Shown here piece after piece: positions 1-15,194 of a stretch of 64,000 nucleotides of DNA (positions are counted from its first letter, which is position 1; the number at the start of each line of letters is the position of its first letter). A program made the translations under genes and the position numbers. The notes under the pieces were generated by a model. It did no database searches. It saw nothing but the letters and a program-made list of their open reading frames with translations, and had not been told where the DNA came from. Origin of the DNA: Octopus vulgaris (taxonomy: Eukaryota). The stretch spans positions 37,014,001 through 37,078,000 of the forward strand of contig OX597817.1 in assembly GCA_951406725.2 (NCBI GenBank), in the 5' to 3' direction.

Positions 1-1395
1 CACACACGCGCATATGTGTATATATGCATATCCATTTATATATATGTGTGTGTGTATAAATGCAAACGTACTCACTCATATAATATATACAGTTCTCTCT
101 CTCTCTCCGAATAAAAATCTTCCAAAATCTGTCTTGCTCTTCTCCCTACCTTTCTTTATGCAAAACGCGGCGTATATCTAAATGTATACGCACATACATT
201 CTCATGTATTGTATGACTATCCGTATATTGTACAAAACAATGTAGTATCTAAAAATTAATAATCATCTAAATATATAATCGAATAATTATAGAAGTGTAC
301 AAAAATATATATATATATATATATATACTGATTATGCATATAAACACAAATAGACAAAAAATATTCTTTTACGATATTGTTTTGTGTAACTGATTAATTC
401 CAAATTAGCCATTAGATATGAAAACTATGCTATCCTTCTATAAGTAACATAAGGCAAACACCACAATATCAGACACATGAATATCTATGCATTTACAAAC
501 TTGAAACGCGTTGCTACGTCTTAGAGAATAACTATAGTAATATTCACATCTGCAAAAGCAGAACTTATCAGAGTTTTTTAACCATCACCCCTTTTCACTT
601 ACTAAAACATTTTCAACGCCTCATCACAATTCCATTCTTAATATACATACGTAATATCATACCAGAATAATTCAGAACTGAGTACGAATTTGACACGTCT
701 CGTTACTAAACACAGTACAACTGAATACACTATGCATAGGGGATAATATATATTCGGTTTTGTTTTACTTATTTGTTCTTCGAAGTCTATTATTATTGAG
801 ATGACTTCGTTGGTATTGCCGTTGCAAATGTTTTTACTGCGGCTGATAAACAGTTTATCATAATATTTAACTAAAAGTTAAAGACCGATAAAAAATTTGT
901 ACAGATGCATCCGACGCCATCTACCTGCCTTTTGTCTCTCTTACCCATATAACATCTTCCACTAGCCCTCAGGGGGTCGGTACTGCTTAGTTTAAGAAGC
1001 ACTGTATTAAACTCTGTATAAAGCATTTTTTTTGTTTTTGCTGTAGTTTCAGCTCATAGCTGCAGCCATGCTGATGCACCGGCGTTTAAAAAGTTTCTTA
1101 TTCTTTACTTTACTAGAGGTAATAGCTTGTCCTATACTTTTCCTGGTGTAATAACTTGTCCAAGTTTATAATCTTAAGAATATTACTTTTTATGCTCGAA
1201 TTTTTCCATATATATATGTCCTGCTGTCCATTTCTTGTTGTTTACGTATTTCACTCGTTTTTTCTTTGTTCATTTTTCATGTTCCACGTTTTTCATGCAC
1301 CGTTGGTGACATCCTATATATATATATCATATGTAACATATGGCATAATTATAAACGGGGCAATTTTTAGCCATTTCTCCGCCAAGTGATAAACA

Positions 1396-1439
1396 ACCTT
1401 AATCGATTTCGCGAACCTCATTGTGTTCTCATCAGAGGT
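1396..1439 (-). ncRNA. Candidate minimal type I hammerhead ribozyme
   Basis: ACCT-CTGATGA-GAAC(acaatgag)GTTC-gc-GAA-ATCGAT-T-a-AGGT: intact core and palindromic stem III, but extra bases at two junctions. Confidence 0.45.
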
Positions 1440-2828
1440 GTTCACATCATTCTGACAGTCCCATGAAATACATAACAAATATTAAAATGTTCAATATATA
1501 AATATGATATTTGAATTAAGAAAATAAGTATTTTGATTTTTAGCAAGGAAATAATTGATTATATAGTTCCAATGCCTTAATTGTCCCTATTTATTCTTAA
1601 CCCCAGTGTATATAAAGAAAGCCAGGTCAGTTTTAAAAACATAGCCAGGTTAATGACGTCAAAAGCGAGAACCGAGAAAAATAATAGATTGTAATAAATA
1701 TATATTCATTCAGACATTAATAAATCTAACGCAGAGCTTTAGTTTATTGGACATCATAGAAGCATTGACCATCATAGTAGAACATATAATTCAAACCTGC
1801 CCCTAATTGTTATGATAATTAAATAGTCAGAGGGCGATTTTGTCTTAGCTGTAAATCTATGCAAAACACACACATGCATGAATTATGTATGTGTGTGTAT
1901 GTATGTATGTATATATGTATGTGTGTGTGTGTATGTATGTATATATGTGTGTGTATTCGTGTCTGCAAAAAACACCGTTTAGAAAGACAGTATTAAACGG
2001 AAAATTAAATTAACTTCAGTGAAATTAAAATGTTATTCCACTTGAAATTAAATTATATATCGTAGTTTTCTTCTTGAATTTTATTTGCTTAATTTTCTGC
2101 TTTTAAACGACATTTTTTTGGTTTTTGTATTCTTCTTCGAGGCTTGATCTCCTTCAGGAAAAAGGAATAAAGAACTTTTATTCTGTTTTTTTCTTTTTTA
2201 AGAAATAAAAGCTTTGAACTCTTTCTCGTTGCTATGATACCACAGTTATTTTTCGCCCCAAATAATTAACTACAGAAAAGTACACTACCGCTAGACTGTG
2301 ATTTAAATAATATATACTGTAATAGCACGTTTTCAGAATTTGAATATTTAACAAATTCTAAAGCAAATAAATTAACACCTGATAAAATTGGTTTCACTCC
2401 AATTTGCTAGAATAATAGCCGAAAATATTAAAAGAATGCGAGCAATTTGTAAACCAGTAGCAGCAGCCACAATAAAATTATCAAGATGAAAGGAATAGCG
2501 GAAGTACAAAATGGAGAAGGACAATAAAACTAACATAAAACACATAAAAACGGCCCATAATTCAACTCTGTGAAGAAAAACAATAGAACACATGAACACA
2601 ATCGCAGTATTTTTCCTACACGTACTCACTCACACAAACATGAATACACGCAAACGCACTAATGCATACATATACAGAAACATACATAGAAGTAACTCGA
2701 CGTACGGAGGCGCGAATCAACAGGTACAACTATATTTATGTAAGGCAACCTTCTTGAAGCAATGTACATTCATAGTTTTGTGCTGTAGATGAGGTGTAAC
2801 TAACATAAACTATCACATGGAAGCAACC

Positions 2829-2859
<31 letters not shown>

Positions 2860-2912
2860 GGGGGGGGGAAGTCAAGATAGAAAATACTAAAATCATTTTA
2901 TAAAAAACTTTT

Positions 2913-2948
2913 CAGTACCGGTTTCAGCCGTTGAGACTTTTTCAACTG
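2913..2948 (-). ncRNA. Minimal type I hammerhead ribozyme, U3-A8 core variant
   Basis: CAG-TTGAAAA-AGTC(tcaac)GGCT-GAA-ACCGGT-A-CTG: stems I and II pair, stem III is palindromic, GUA cleavage triplet. Confidence 0.7.
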
Positions 2949-3065
2949 TCAGTATGAAAAACAATTAAATTCTGGAAAAATTAGAAGAGTTTTTTAAAAT
3001 AATATTTGCATAGTGTTCAAATACAAGTGGCATTTTCCTTGTTTCTGCCAGTCTCTATCTTCCTC

Positions 3066-3788
<723 letters not shown>

Positions 3789-3844
3789 AAAAAATGAAGT
3801 TCGAAAATGCTGCTGTATTATACAATTTTTAATTTTTATATATA

Positions 3845-3890
3845 CATTATAACATGTTTCAGTTCCTGAAATGAACCTTATCAAAAACAG
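3845..3890 (-). ncRNA. Minimal hammerhead-like motif at the PLE 3' end, U3-A8 variant
   Basis: TTGATAA-GGTTC(atttcag)GAACT-GAA-ACATGT-T; stem I pairs poorly. Confidence 0.55.
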
Positions 3891-4266
3891 TTATATATAA
3901 AAAAAGAGACAGCTCATGCCGTCAAACACAAGAAATTCATTTATAATACACAACGGAGTCAGACATCTTAGAGTTCATGTATAGTTGATATATAGTTCAT
4001 GTATAGTTGATATATAGTTTGAAGTATATGTTCAAAGTGTTCGATGCAGTGGCCCACGGTGGCGATACGTATTCAATACAAAAAACAGATCAAAGTGGTG
4101 GAAAGCGGTCAATACAGAAGATTGATGTTTCCGAAAGAGCGAGGAATTCATTTTTACCTTAAGCAATTGTGATGACCCATGGTGGAAGTTCGCTGGGTGG
4201 TTCTAGTGATTTTTTGTGAAATGCTTGGTTTTATAATGCCTGTTAGGTGGTCAATCTAGCGTAGCG

Positions 4267-4601
4267 TGACGTCATCAATGTTTTGACCAATCGTTTCGTT
4301 AGGTGGCTTTAATCAAGTGGAACGGGACGTCATCATTATTTTGACCAATCGCTGCATTATAACTCCCTCTTGTTTGTTTCCTGTCTTGACCAGTCGCTTC
4401 GTTAGTCAAGCATAGCGGGATGTCATCCAGATTCTGCCCAATCACGACTTATAGCTACATTAGATCTGCCCCCTGTCTGTACTTGTTAGGTGACTATTCA
4501 AGCAGAAAAGGACGTCATCAATATTCTGACTAATGACTGTCCCCTGTTTGTATCCTGTCCATTCTAGCAGAGCTAGACGTCATCAACTTGTTGACCAATC
4601 A
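4267..4601. promoter_or_regulatory. Array of five CRE-like/CCAAT composite motifs (GACGTCATC-N7-TGACCAATC)
   Basis: Copies start at 4267, 4325, 4418, 4510 and 4575, each with a 7-nt spacer. Confidence 0.65.
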
Positions 4602-4768
4602 GAATCGGGTCTGACCCTTAGCTGTATCGTATGTATCAGGGTCAGATTTGCACGAAATAATTTTGTTCCCTTTTTTACTAAGGCATATTTCCGTCAGAGT
4701 GAGTGTCTGTTTGAAGTAGCGGCCGTGGTGAAATTTGGTTCTCCTTTTCGGAGGACTTATCTTTTGTT

Positions 4769-6678
4769 TTAGTATTCCTGGCCCAGGGTGTTTAAACTTG
4801 ATCTAAATTTTTTTATGAAATATAGTTCTTTATTTTGGCGTTGTGTGAAGGTTGCGTTGTCACTGAATTTATAGAGCGGGTTAGTTGTAAATTTCGGATT
4901 TACATTTCCAGCACATCTATCTATGTGTCCGCTGACCGGTATTTTGCGGTAATCAGGGTTTCTAATTTGTGATTTATGCACCGCCATCCTGTTACGTAAG
5001 CTATTTTTTGTATGGCCTATATACTGCCTATTGCAGCCTGCGCATGTTATGACGTAAATTAAGTTTTCTGATGCGCAGGTGAAGTTTGTTCTAATGGTGA
5101 ACTGGTGGCCTTGTTCCAGTATAAATTCTGATCCTTCTTTCAAGATGACACAGATTCCGCAGTTGGGCCTTCCACATTTTCTAACTGCTGGTTTTGTGGT
5201 TGATGTTGAGTGCAGTGTAGCTTGGGTTAAAATCCTTTTCAAGGATTTTGGTTGCCGTTTACTTTTAATGATGGTGTGTGTTTCGAGGATCCGGTTCATC
5301 TTTGGGTCTCCCTTTAGTAGGGCTGTGCTTTGTAGTATGGTGTTGAAGGCCTCATTGTTGAGTGGGTTGTGTGTAGAGATGTAGGGAAGGGTTTTTAATT
5401 GTTCTTTCTTTTTTGGTTTTGTTTGTCTCAGGTCTTCTATACTTAATTTAAGTACCCGTTGGATTGCACTGTCTATTAGGGGCTGTGGATAGTTTCTATT
5501 TGTGAGTGTGGTTCTAAGTTCCTGGAGACGTGTGTGTCGGGTGTTTGTGTCTGATGTTATGGTGCAAATCCTTCTAGCTAAACAAAAAGGGACATTCATT
5601 CTAGTGTGTCGTGGGTGGCATGAATCAAAGGGTAGGTACTGTTTAGAGTCTGTCGGTTTATAGTAGATATCTGTCTCTATTTTGTTGCCGGTTATCTTAA
5701 TGAGGATGTCTAAAAATGGTAATTCTTTTTCGTTGTGGTCCATCGTGAATTGTATATTGTCATTTATTCCATTTAATAGAATTTTAAATTCCTCAAGTTT
5801 CTCTATGCCTTTGTCCCAGATGATGAAACAGTCATCGAGGTATATTTTCCAGTTGTTATGGATATAGGTGGCGAAGGTGTTTCCATATTTCTCGAGTGTC
5901 ATCCGGTATAGTATTTTCTCGAGGTATCCCATCACTAGGTTGGCAAAAGATGGTGCAGTACGCGTGCCCATCGCTGTTCCCGATCTTTGCCTGTAGAAAT
6001 CATTGTCAAAAATAAAATAATTGTTCTCTAAAATGAATCTAAGTCCTTCTATTATAAGGTCTTTGTTTATGCGAGTTGGGAGTTCAAAGGGGTAGTTATT
6101 CAGCCAGAAGGTGATTGCTTCTATTCCTAGGTTGTGAGGGATGTTAGAATAAAGATTAACTACGTCGAATGATACTAGAAGGGTTTTCTCATTGACTGTT
6201 TTAGGGAGGTGGTTGAGCATATCTATATCGTCTCTTACGTAGCTTTTGATGTGTTTTAGGCAAGGTTTAAGAAGTGTGTCTAAGAAATTGCTGAGGCGGT
6301 GAGTTTCACATGCTGGCCCTGCTATTATCGGTCTTAGTTTAAGATCATTTGGTGAAGGGATTTTGATGAGTGTGTCGGTGGATGTTTTGCACGTTTCTCT
6401 AATGGTTTGGCTTTTGTGTACCTTAGGGATACCATAGAACAAACTCGATTTGCATTTGAAGTTAGTGATGTATTCATACTCCTTGTTCGTGAGTCCTTCT
6501 TGGTATGTGTTGATTAATGTCCTAAGGTTATGCATTATTTTTTGCTGGTTATACTGTTGGGCCCTTTCATAATACGTTTCATCTCTTAATAGGGATAGCA
6601 CTAAATTTTTATAATTGGTTGTATTCATTATTACTATCGCGTTGCCCTTATCTGCCTCCTTAATTGTTATTGTTTTGT

Positions 6679-6679
<1 letters not shown>
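4769..6679 (-). CDS. Penelope-like retroelement polyprotein (reverse transcriptase + C-terminal GIY-YIG endonuclease), 5'-truncated, Neptune-like
   Basis: 619-aa ORF from the Met at 6628. The frame stays open upstream to about 6679 and encodes IKEADKGNAIVIM. RT motifs: LRPII, SFDVVNLYSNIP, GTAMG, YLDD, LPFLDI, YYKPTD..YL....CHP. Linker CxxxxCxxC (CGRPNCGIC). Endonuclease NLIYVITCAGCNRQYIG with CxxC between the GIY and YIG motifs. Confidence 0.95.
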
Positions 6680-6763
<84 letters not shown>

Positions 6764-7644
6764 AAAGAGCTATATACATGTATACACAGGCGCTTATGTA
6801 TATAGGATCAAAAGCGTAAATCCGATAAAATATATTTTGGTTTGGACGAGGGTTTCGAATGAATCATATATTTAATCCTTTCGTATTTATGGTGTAGCTA
6901 AAGTTTCCCTAAACATATCAATCTTCCGCCATTTTCCTTGAGTTTTTCCCAATATTCTTCATTCGCTGCCTGTCGTTTCCCTATTAATCATGTTCATCCC
7001 AGAATCTCACTTCTGTCATCTAGTTGGGTTCATATTTAACAAGGCTTAGATTTCGTCTATAAATTTATTCCAGCAACATCGCCATCGCAACAGTCTCATA
7101 AAATCATCACTTAGTCTTGTATTAATCATTTTTTATTATCTGGTTCTTTACATGATCTTGTGATCACATTCCTTATACTTTTCCTAATACTGCATCTTCC
7201 AAAGATAGAATTTTACGGTAAGTTATAAGGGTCTTTCGTGGGGATTGACGCGCACAAAGTATAATTTTTTTTTCATGGTAATTTAGATTTTTTTTACCTT
7301 GTTATGTGTCAACAAACGACTGATCTCCATTATATATTTTATCGCGCAAACTGCTTCTTATGTTTATTTTTTCTACTGTGACTCCAAACAGATTGTGTAA
7401 TTACGTACAACAATACCTCCCGTGTACTTGAAGTGATTCGTTATTTTTATTACTTCCTTTGCATATTGATGTTGAGTGGATTGATTTAATTGATACTCAA
7501 TTTTAGCTTTAAAAAAAGGGAATAATTACAGCTTGTCTTATTAAACTATCCAATAAGAGTAGCATTTCTTCTCGTGATCTTGTAATCTTCACACGACAAT
7601 CAGCATTAACTTTACAGTAAAGGGTTAATAGGAGGCAAATGAAA

Positions 7645-7760
7645 ATAGGGATACCGTTATTCTATGTTTTGTTGATTTACAGACTTCTTTTGATAGTATA
7701 TCACAAAAAGCATTGTCAAAAGTAATGAGAAAATAGTGTATTCTTTAGAAATATACAGAT
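7645..7760 (+). pseudogene. RTE-like LINE reverse transcriptase fragment
   Basis: Translates as ILCFVDLQTSFDSISQKALSKVMRK*, resembling the FVDLxKAFDS motif. Confidence 0.5.
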
Positions 7761-8442
7761 ATGCACGAAGGAATCTTGCATCAACAGGAGATTTGAAATC
7801 CTGAATCACGCATAAGTTAGCTGCTGAATATCGATAATGCCAGGAGCCTTCTGCAGTCTATTGATTGAATTTTCACTTGAAGTTCCAAGTGTAATCTTCA
7901 TTATTTTTATGTTTCCGGTGAGGTGTATCACAATGAAGGAAATCTTATATCATATAATTTCTGTTTCTGATCCACGTATATTCTGTTATTCCCGATTTTT
8001 TCCTATTTTCTGTCATTAGAGATTTTCTGAGTTACCATTTTTGTCCCTAATGATAGCTTTGTCGTATATTTATACGTTATATATGAAATATATATGTAAA
8101 TAGGCGCAGGAGTGGCTGTGTGGTAAGTAGCTTGTTTACCAGCCATATGGTTCCGGGTTCAGTCCCACTGCGTGGCACCTTGGTCAGGTGTCTACTACTA
8201 TAGCTTCGGGCAGACTAAGTCCTTGTGAGTGGATTTTTTATTAGACAGAAACTGAAAGAAGCCTGTCGTAAGATAAATATATGTATGTGTGTATGTGTGT
8301 GAGCATATATGTATCTGTGTTAGCCCCCCCCCCCAACATCGCTTGACAATCAATGCTGGTGTGTTTACGTCCCCGTAACTTAGCGATTCAGCAAATGAGA
8401 CTAATAGAATAAGTACTAAGCTTACAAAGAATAAGTCCTGGG

Positions 8443-9292
<850 letters not shown>

Positions 9293-9467
9293 CCGACACG
9301 TTTTTCTGCAAAATATGGATATTTTATCCTGTTCATCCTGTATTATTAGCATTATCCTGCGTTTGAGAAGAAAATTATTTCCTTATCTGTATCTTTCAAT
9401 ACATCTCAACGTTTTCTAAAGCAAATTTCTTTTGTTGACTTTCAACGTAAGTTGAATTTATTATATA

Positions 9468-9961
9468 CTAGCAGTATCGCCCGGCGTTGCTCGGGTTTGT
9501 AAGGGAAATAACTATATAAGCATTTTTAGAGAGTTACTTCCCTTATAAATTCGGGCTTTCTTAGCCATTTTTGTTTTGGTGTCTTCAAGCCATGAAGTCG
9601 TTGTTCTAAAAGAACGCTGGTTTCCTTCACAACGCATTACGACGTTGATTTCTTTACACTCCCTTCCCCACAGCTTCACGAGGGAGGGAAGGGGGAGAAG
9701 CAAACAGGTGCAGCTGTGAGCGTGGACGCCAACTCCGCCGCCATCGACATACGATGCATTTTATGCATTAAAATGGAATAAAAAATGATGTTAAATTATT
9801 TTTAAAATCGTAGACGCGCGCTAATAGTCAGACGGGCTCGATATGAATCACGACTATAAGATACCCGAATTTGGTTAAACTGCACCGCAAAATGTGGGAG
9901 GAGTTAGGAATCTAAATCGAAGGGGACAGACACTCACACAACTAGAGTTTTATATATATAG

Positions 9962-9962
<1 letters not shown>
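9468..9962 (-). mobile_element. Non-autonomous Helitron
   Basis: On the minus strand: 5'-TC start, GC-rich hairpin CCCGAGCAACGCCGGG (9480-9495) 8 nt before a terminal CTAG, inserted between A and T. Confidence 0.8.
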
Positions 9963-10023
<61 letters not shown>

Positions 10024-10476
10024 ATAGATTCATTATTCTGAAGAATATTATTGCGAATGACTTGGAAGTTACGGCCAGCTCACCCGGGACTGTATATGTT
10101 TGTATGTACATATAAGTATTTGTGCATTTTTACTCTCTGCACTAGGGCAGCGGAGTAATTTTTTCGCTGCTTGAAAAAAGATATTGCACGTAATATTTGT
10201 AATTGTCCTCCCAACAGCATACGAACTTTACAAACATTGCCCTTTACTAATAATTTATACACATTCCAATATGTTATTATGTTAATACAAATAAGACCTT
10301 AGTCATAGCGGTTGCGACACACAAAATACCATACACGCACTTCCATATGTTTACATCCTATACCATATATACAAAGGAAGTTAGTTATGCATGTTCATAT
10401 ATATACATGTGTGTGTGTCTGTGTTTTTGTGTCTGTGTGTGCCTATGTGTCTGTATCTATATGTTTATGTTAAAAA

Positions 10477-10800
10477 GGAGCTCTCCGTCGGTTGCGACGA
10501 CGAGGGTCCCAGCTGATACGATCAAAGGAACAGCCTGCTCGTGAAATTAACGTGTAAGTGTCTGAGCACTCCACAAACACGTGTACCCTTAACGTACTTC
10601 TCGGGGAGATTCAGCGTGGCACAGTGTGTGACAAGGCGTGCCCTTTGAAATACAGGTACTATTCATTTTTGCCAGCTGAGTGGACTGGAGCAACGTGAAA
10701 TAAAGTGTCTTGCTCAAGGACACAACGCGCCACCGGGAATTGAACTCACGACCTTACGATCATGAGCCGAATGCTCCTAACCACTAAGCCACGCGCCTTC
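10477..10800 (-). mobile_element. tRNA-derived SINE, family D
   Basis: Head GGCGCGTGGCTTAGTGG..GAGTTCAATTCCC, then GTGTCCTTGAGCAAGACACTT; second copy at 63532-63855. Confidence 0.85.
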
Positions 10801-13039
10801 ACATATGTTTATGTACCGATTATGGACATACATATGTTTATACCGAGATGCACGCATACACACACATATATATGTATATATGTGCATATGTGTGCGCGTG
10901 TGTATGTATATATATATATATACGTGTATATATATATATATACATGTATATATATATTATAGAGAGAGATGTATGTGTGTGTAGGCACTGCTTTCTTTTC
11001 TTCTCTATTTGCGCATGTGCGTGTGTTTCTATCGTTATCTGTATGCTTCGTGCTGGTTTCTATAGGCCAATGTTCCTCCTTGTTCGTGCTTAGGCTTGCG
11101 TTACTGCGTATGTCTGTTTGCCAAAGATTGTACATGACTGTTTGTAGTTCGTGTGTTCGTAAAGAAGGCTTTTCTGTAAAAATATGTTTATGGAAATAAG
11201 TTATATTCATGACTTTAAAACACGGAAAATATTTCGAAATAAGGCATTATTACTGAGATTATTATCTTTTATACGATTTCTATATGATACAAATGAATAT
11301 TTTTCTCTTTTGAATTTCGATTTTTTTCTCTCGGCAGACATTGAAAACATACCTCATGAAATATAATGTAAGATTTTAGCATACAAAAGAAGAAAAAACT
11401 CCAACTTTAAACAGTTGCAGATACAATTGGCTTAATGATATTATGCTTACAAATTGTAGGTCACTTTCTGCCCTACATAGTTACTCTTATGTAAATTTTA
11501 ATGACAGTCATTGAATGATTACTTTTGAAGAGATGTAATGCAAACATTTTATAAAGAGATAGTGTTGAATAGATTAGCTCCTGCAGCTGCATTAATCATA
11601 AACGTGGTACAAACGTCTTTAAATACGATCGAACAAAATGGCCTCTATGTGAATGATCAACCTGCTAGAAACTACACCACATCTCTCGGAGATTACACTT
11701 CATTGTTTTATATATAGAAAAGAGAAAGACCGGCATAAAATAGTCTTCCATAAAACCTTCCCCTCTCCAGAAAAAAAAAACATGTATGTTCGATTATGTG
11801 TGAGCTGGCCCCGAATAAAAAGAAACACTTTGAAGATATATGAGAAAAGTGAGTAGCCACCATGAAGATATCCAAATCTATAATCTAAACTGCCCGTATT
11901 TCAGTAAATAGATTAATTTAAATAGCCTTGTATGCATCATACTTAAGGTAACTACATCATGACAGACAAAATTTACTGCTGCGATTGTACGAATATGTCT
12001 CTCATGGACGTGCTGTGCTTAAAAGCATTATATATATCGGAGCCCGAAGAAAATCATCTCAAAAGTGGCTAGTGAGAACGCAAGATGCATTTTTTCCTTA
12101 ATAATAATGAAGTCTTAGGGCACTTATTGAAAATAAGTTTGGGGAAATGACAGCAGAACACTCTGGGGCCTATTACAGAAAAATGTTGGGCTAATACGTT
12201 CTGCAAAGCGAGAAATATTTCTTGAATAAATTTATTTTCAATTCTTTTTATATAAATTTTTATTATTCAATTACTTGCATAAATTATTCACTTAATTGCA
12301 AAGATTATTGAAATGGTTTCAAAGTTTATTAAGTAGGTAGAAAAATCCTGTATAAAAAATCAAAGTGATAAAGGATTATCAATTTGTCAAAATGTCGCGA
12401 TGCCAAAAGGCTGGAGACTAATAGTCTAGACAAAAAAGTAGAGATATCATATGAACTGGAGGTGTGCTATCAGCCAGCCGAATAGCTACACTTGCGATAA
12501 AGTTTCGAGGCACATTTTTTTTTAATTATTAAAACAGCATCAGTGTTAATCGTAATTGAGTTGTAGGCTTTACGAGACAAGTGGTTATGCCTTGTTCTGC
12601 GGATTTTGGCACATTATTTCAATGTTAACAATTTAACGCCTACTGTGGCGTGAAATGTATTATAATTAGACTTTCAAATACATATTTCAGCTGTGAGTTT
12701 AAACCTGGTACTATTATTAATGGCTGCGAAGCATGCTGACATGCTAGTACAAATATACATGAAAATATGTACACGTATGCAAAGATACTAACGTATGACT
12801 CTGGCTCTATTATTATAGTTCCTCGTGTATAAGTATGTTCTCATACTAAATATGAATTTTCTTTCACTTTATTGAGTTCTCTTCTAATACTCTTCACACT
12901 AGTAATTATCTTTTTGTAGGACTACGATATATTAAGTCTATTTAATATCATCATTATTATTGTTGTTATTGAGGTTAAATTTTATTTACTGTCGTAGAGT
13001 GTAGACGATTATTTTTCGCTTCTTGTGTAATTCTTCTTC

Positions 13040-13710
13040 ATGTCCTTTTTGTACTTCTTCCGCATTTTCCCTTTTTCCTCTGCTCTCAATACTCCCTCGG
13101 TAGCAAGATTTCCTTACTTTGTGCTAGGTATCTCATTAAGGTCTCGAGTTCGATACCCACACAGTCTTCCACACTTATCCGTCCCTTTCCTCCATTTGTT
13201 CTCTTCGTGTATAAGCGATCAGTGTCTGCACGTGGATGATGGACTCCATTCATCGTTAGGAGCTTTCTTGACTTCCTGTCCATCTCCTTCAGCTCCTCCT
13301 TTGTCCACTTCAGGATTCCAGAGCCATACCGAACTACTGCGACTGCGTGCAACTTTATTGCCCAAATTATGTTTCTGGCATTCAGCTTTGAAGCCAATAT
13401 TTTTCTTACTCGCCGCAGGTACTCTCTTTTTGTCTTTTCCTTCATGTCCTGGTGTTTGATTCCGTCTGTCTTAAGTATTCTCAGGTATATATAACTGGAT
13501 TGAGGTTGAATTGCTTTCATCATTTCACCACTTGGCAACCATGTGCCTTCTTCCCTGGCAAGCTTTTCTCGTCTCATCACCATCGTAGCACATTTTGAGA
13601 GTCCAAACTCCATCTTAATATCATGGGAGAAAATCCGCACAGACTGGACTAGGCTGTCCAGTACTGCCTCAGTTTTTTTTAATTGCTTCAGGTCGTCCAT
13701 GTATAGCATT
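13040..13710 (-). pseudogene. Dong/R4-clade non-LTR retrotransposon RT fragment
   Basis: LYMDDLK..IKMEFGLSKCA..YLRRVRKILASKLN..HHPRADTDRLY..R..GGKG; abuts (TTA)n at 13717-13779. Confidence 0.85.
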
Positions 13711-13716
13711 TATAAC

Positions 13717-13771
<55 letters not shown>

Positions 13772-13782
13772 CATTATTAAGT

Positions 13783-13990
13783 CGGCGAGCTGGCAGAATC
13801 ATGAGCCCGCTGGACAAAATTCTTAGCGGTATTTCGCCCATCGCAATATTCTGAGTTGAAATTCCGCCGAGGTTAGCTTATACTTTAATCATTTCGGGTC
13901 GATGAAATAAGTACAATTGAAACACTGGGTCGATTTAATAGACTAGTCCCCTCCCTACGAATTTGAGACCCTGTGCCTCCAGTAGAAAAG

Positions 13991-13993
<3 letters not shown>
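13783..13993 (+). mobile_element. tRNA-derived SINE, family B (Nin-like central domain)
   Basis: GGCGAGCTGGCAGAATC head; CTTT.ATC..TTCGGGTCGAT.AAATAAGTAC core; multiple copies. Confidence 0.8.
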
Positions 13994-14028
<35 letters not shown>

Positions 14029-14326
14029 CATGCCAGTCCCAGAACTATTCAATCAGTGCTACCTTATCCAATTTCCTTTATTTTTAGTTGGTAAGTCGTG
14101 AGTTGAAGGAAAATTGACAGCTATCTCTGGCAAGTCCAGTGACCATATACAAGCTTTTTGTCGGCTCGTTATAAAACTTGATATAAAAAACTTGGTGTCT
14201 TAATTACTGTTTGAACAGCGTTAGAGGCGACACGATGTTCAATTGAAATTAGCTCGGGCCTGGTGAAGAGAGCTATTTTTAGTTTTCATGCGATTTATAA
14301 TTAAATCTATTCATTGATATGTCTTT

Positions 14327-14418
<92 letters not shown>

Positions 14419-15133
14419 GTGAGCGTATTTGTGTGTTTACGTATATGAGTGCAGATGTCTACGTATTCAAATCCATGTAATGATTTCATGCAGATACTGT
14501 CTGAATAACACTGAACATCAGTGCTTGTGAAGTAAATTTATGAATGAGAAATTAAACAGTTATTTAAGTACGCACGACGCTCTGTACGAATTTGACCACA
14601 AACCTACTTTGATCTTCGTAATCTTTACACTTATCATTGAACTAAATTAAAGCATTACTCCCGTCATATTACTGGTGTTCAAATCTCATTCAGTTCGATT
14701 TTAACTCTTATCTTTCATCTTTCATATAATGTGGCCGATTTCGTTTCCACGTACTTTTGCAACAGCCAAAGTAATGAATGAGTGTTTAATGTGAAACGGA
14801 AGTCACGTTACTGTTTCGGATTGCACATAGTCTATTATAATATGGTATTTAGTTTGAAGCAACAGCTTCCAATTTTATGCGTCCACAAATATATGAAGTG
14901 GTATAGTCTATTAATTACACCTCGGAATATGTCTGGTAATTATATTATAATGAATACAATGTATTGTCAACCTTTATATAATTTGAAATCAGAAACCAGA
15001 AGGAAGTAAGTACAGAAGGACAGATATTTAGCCGGGTACCCGATATTACAACTACTTCACATTTAAAATCATTTAGAAAACAGAAAAATAAATATATTAA
15101 ATGCCTTAACATTTGTTGTTCTCTTTATCAATT

Positions 15134-15192
<59 letters not shown>

Positions 15193-15194
<2 letters not shown>

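Noticed and set aside
4267-4601. Repeat-spacer pattern resembling a CRISPR array
   Set aside because: Degenerate repeats, irregular spacing (58-93 bp), eukaryotic context, no cas genes
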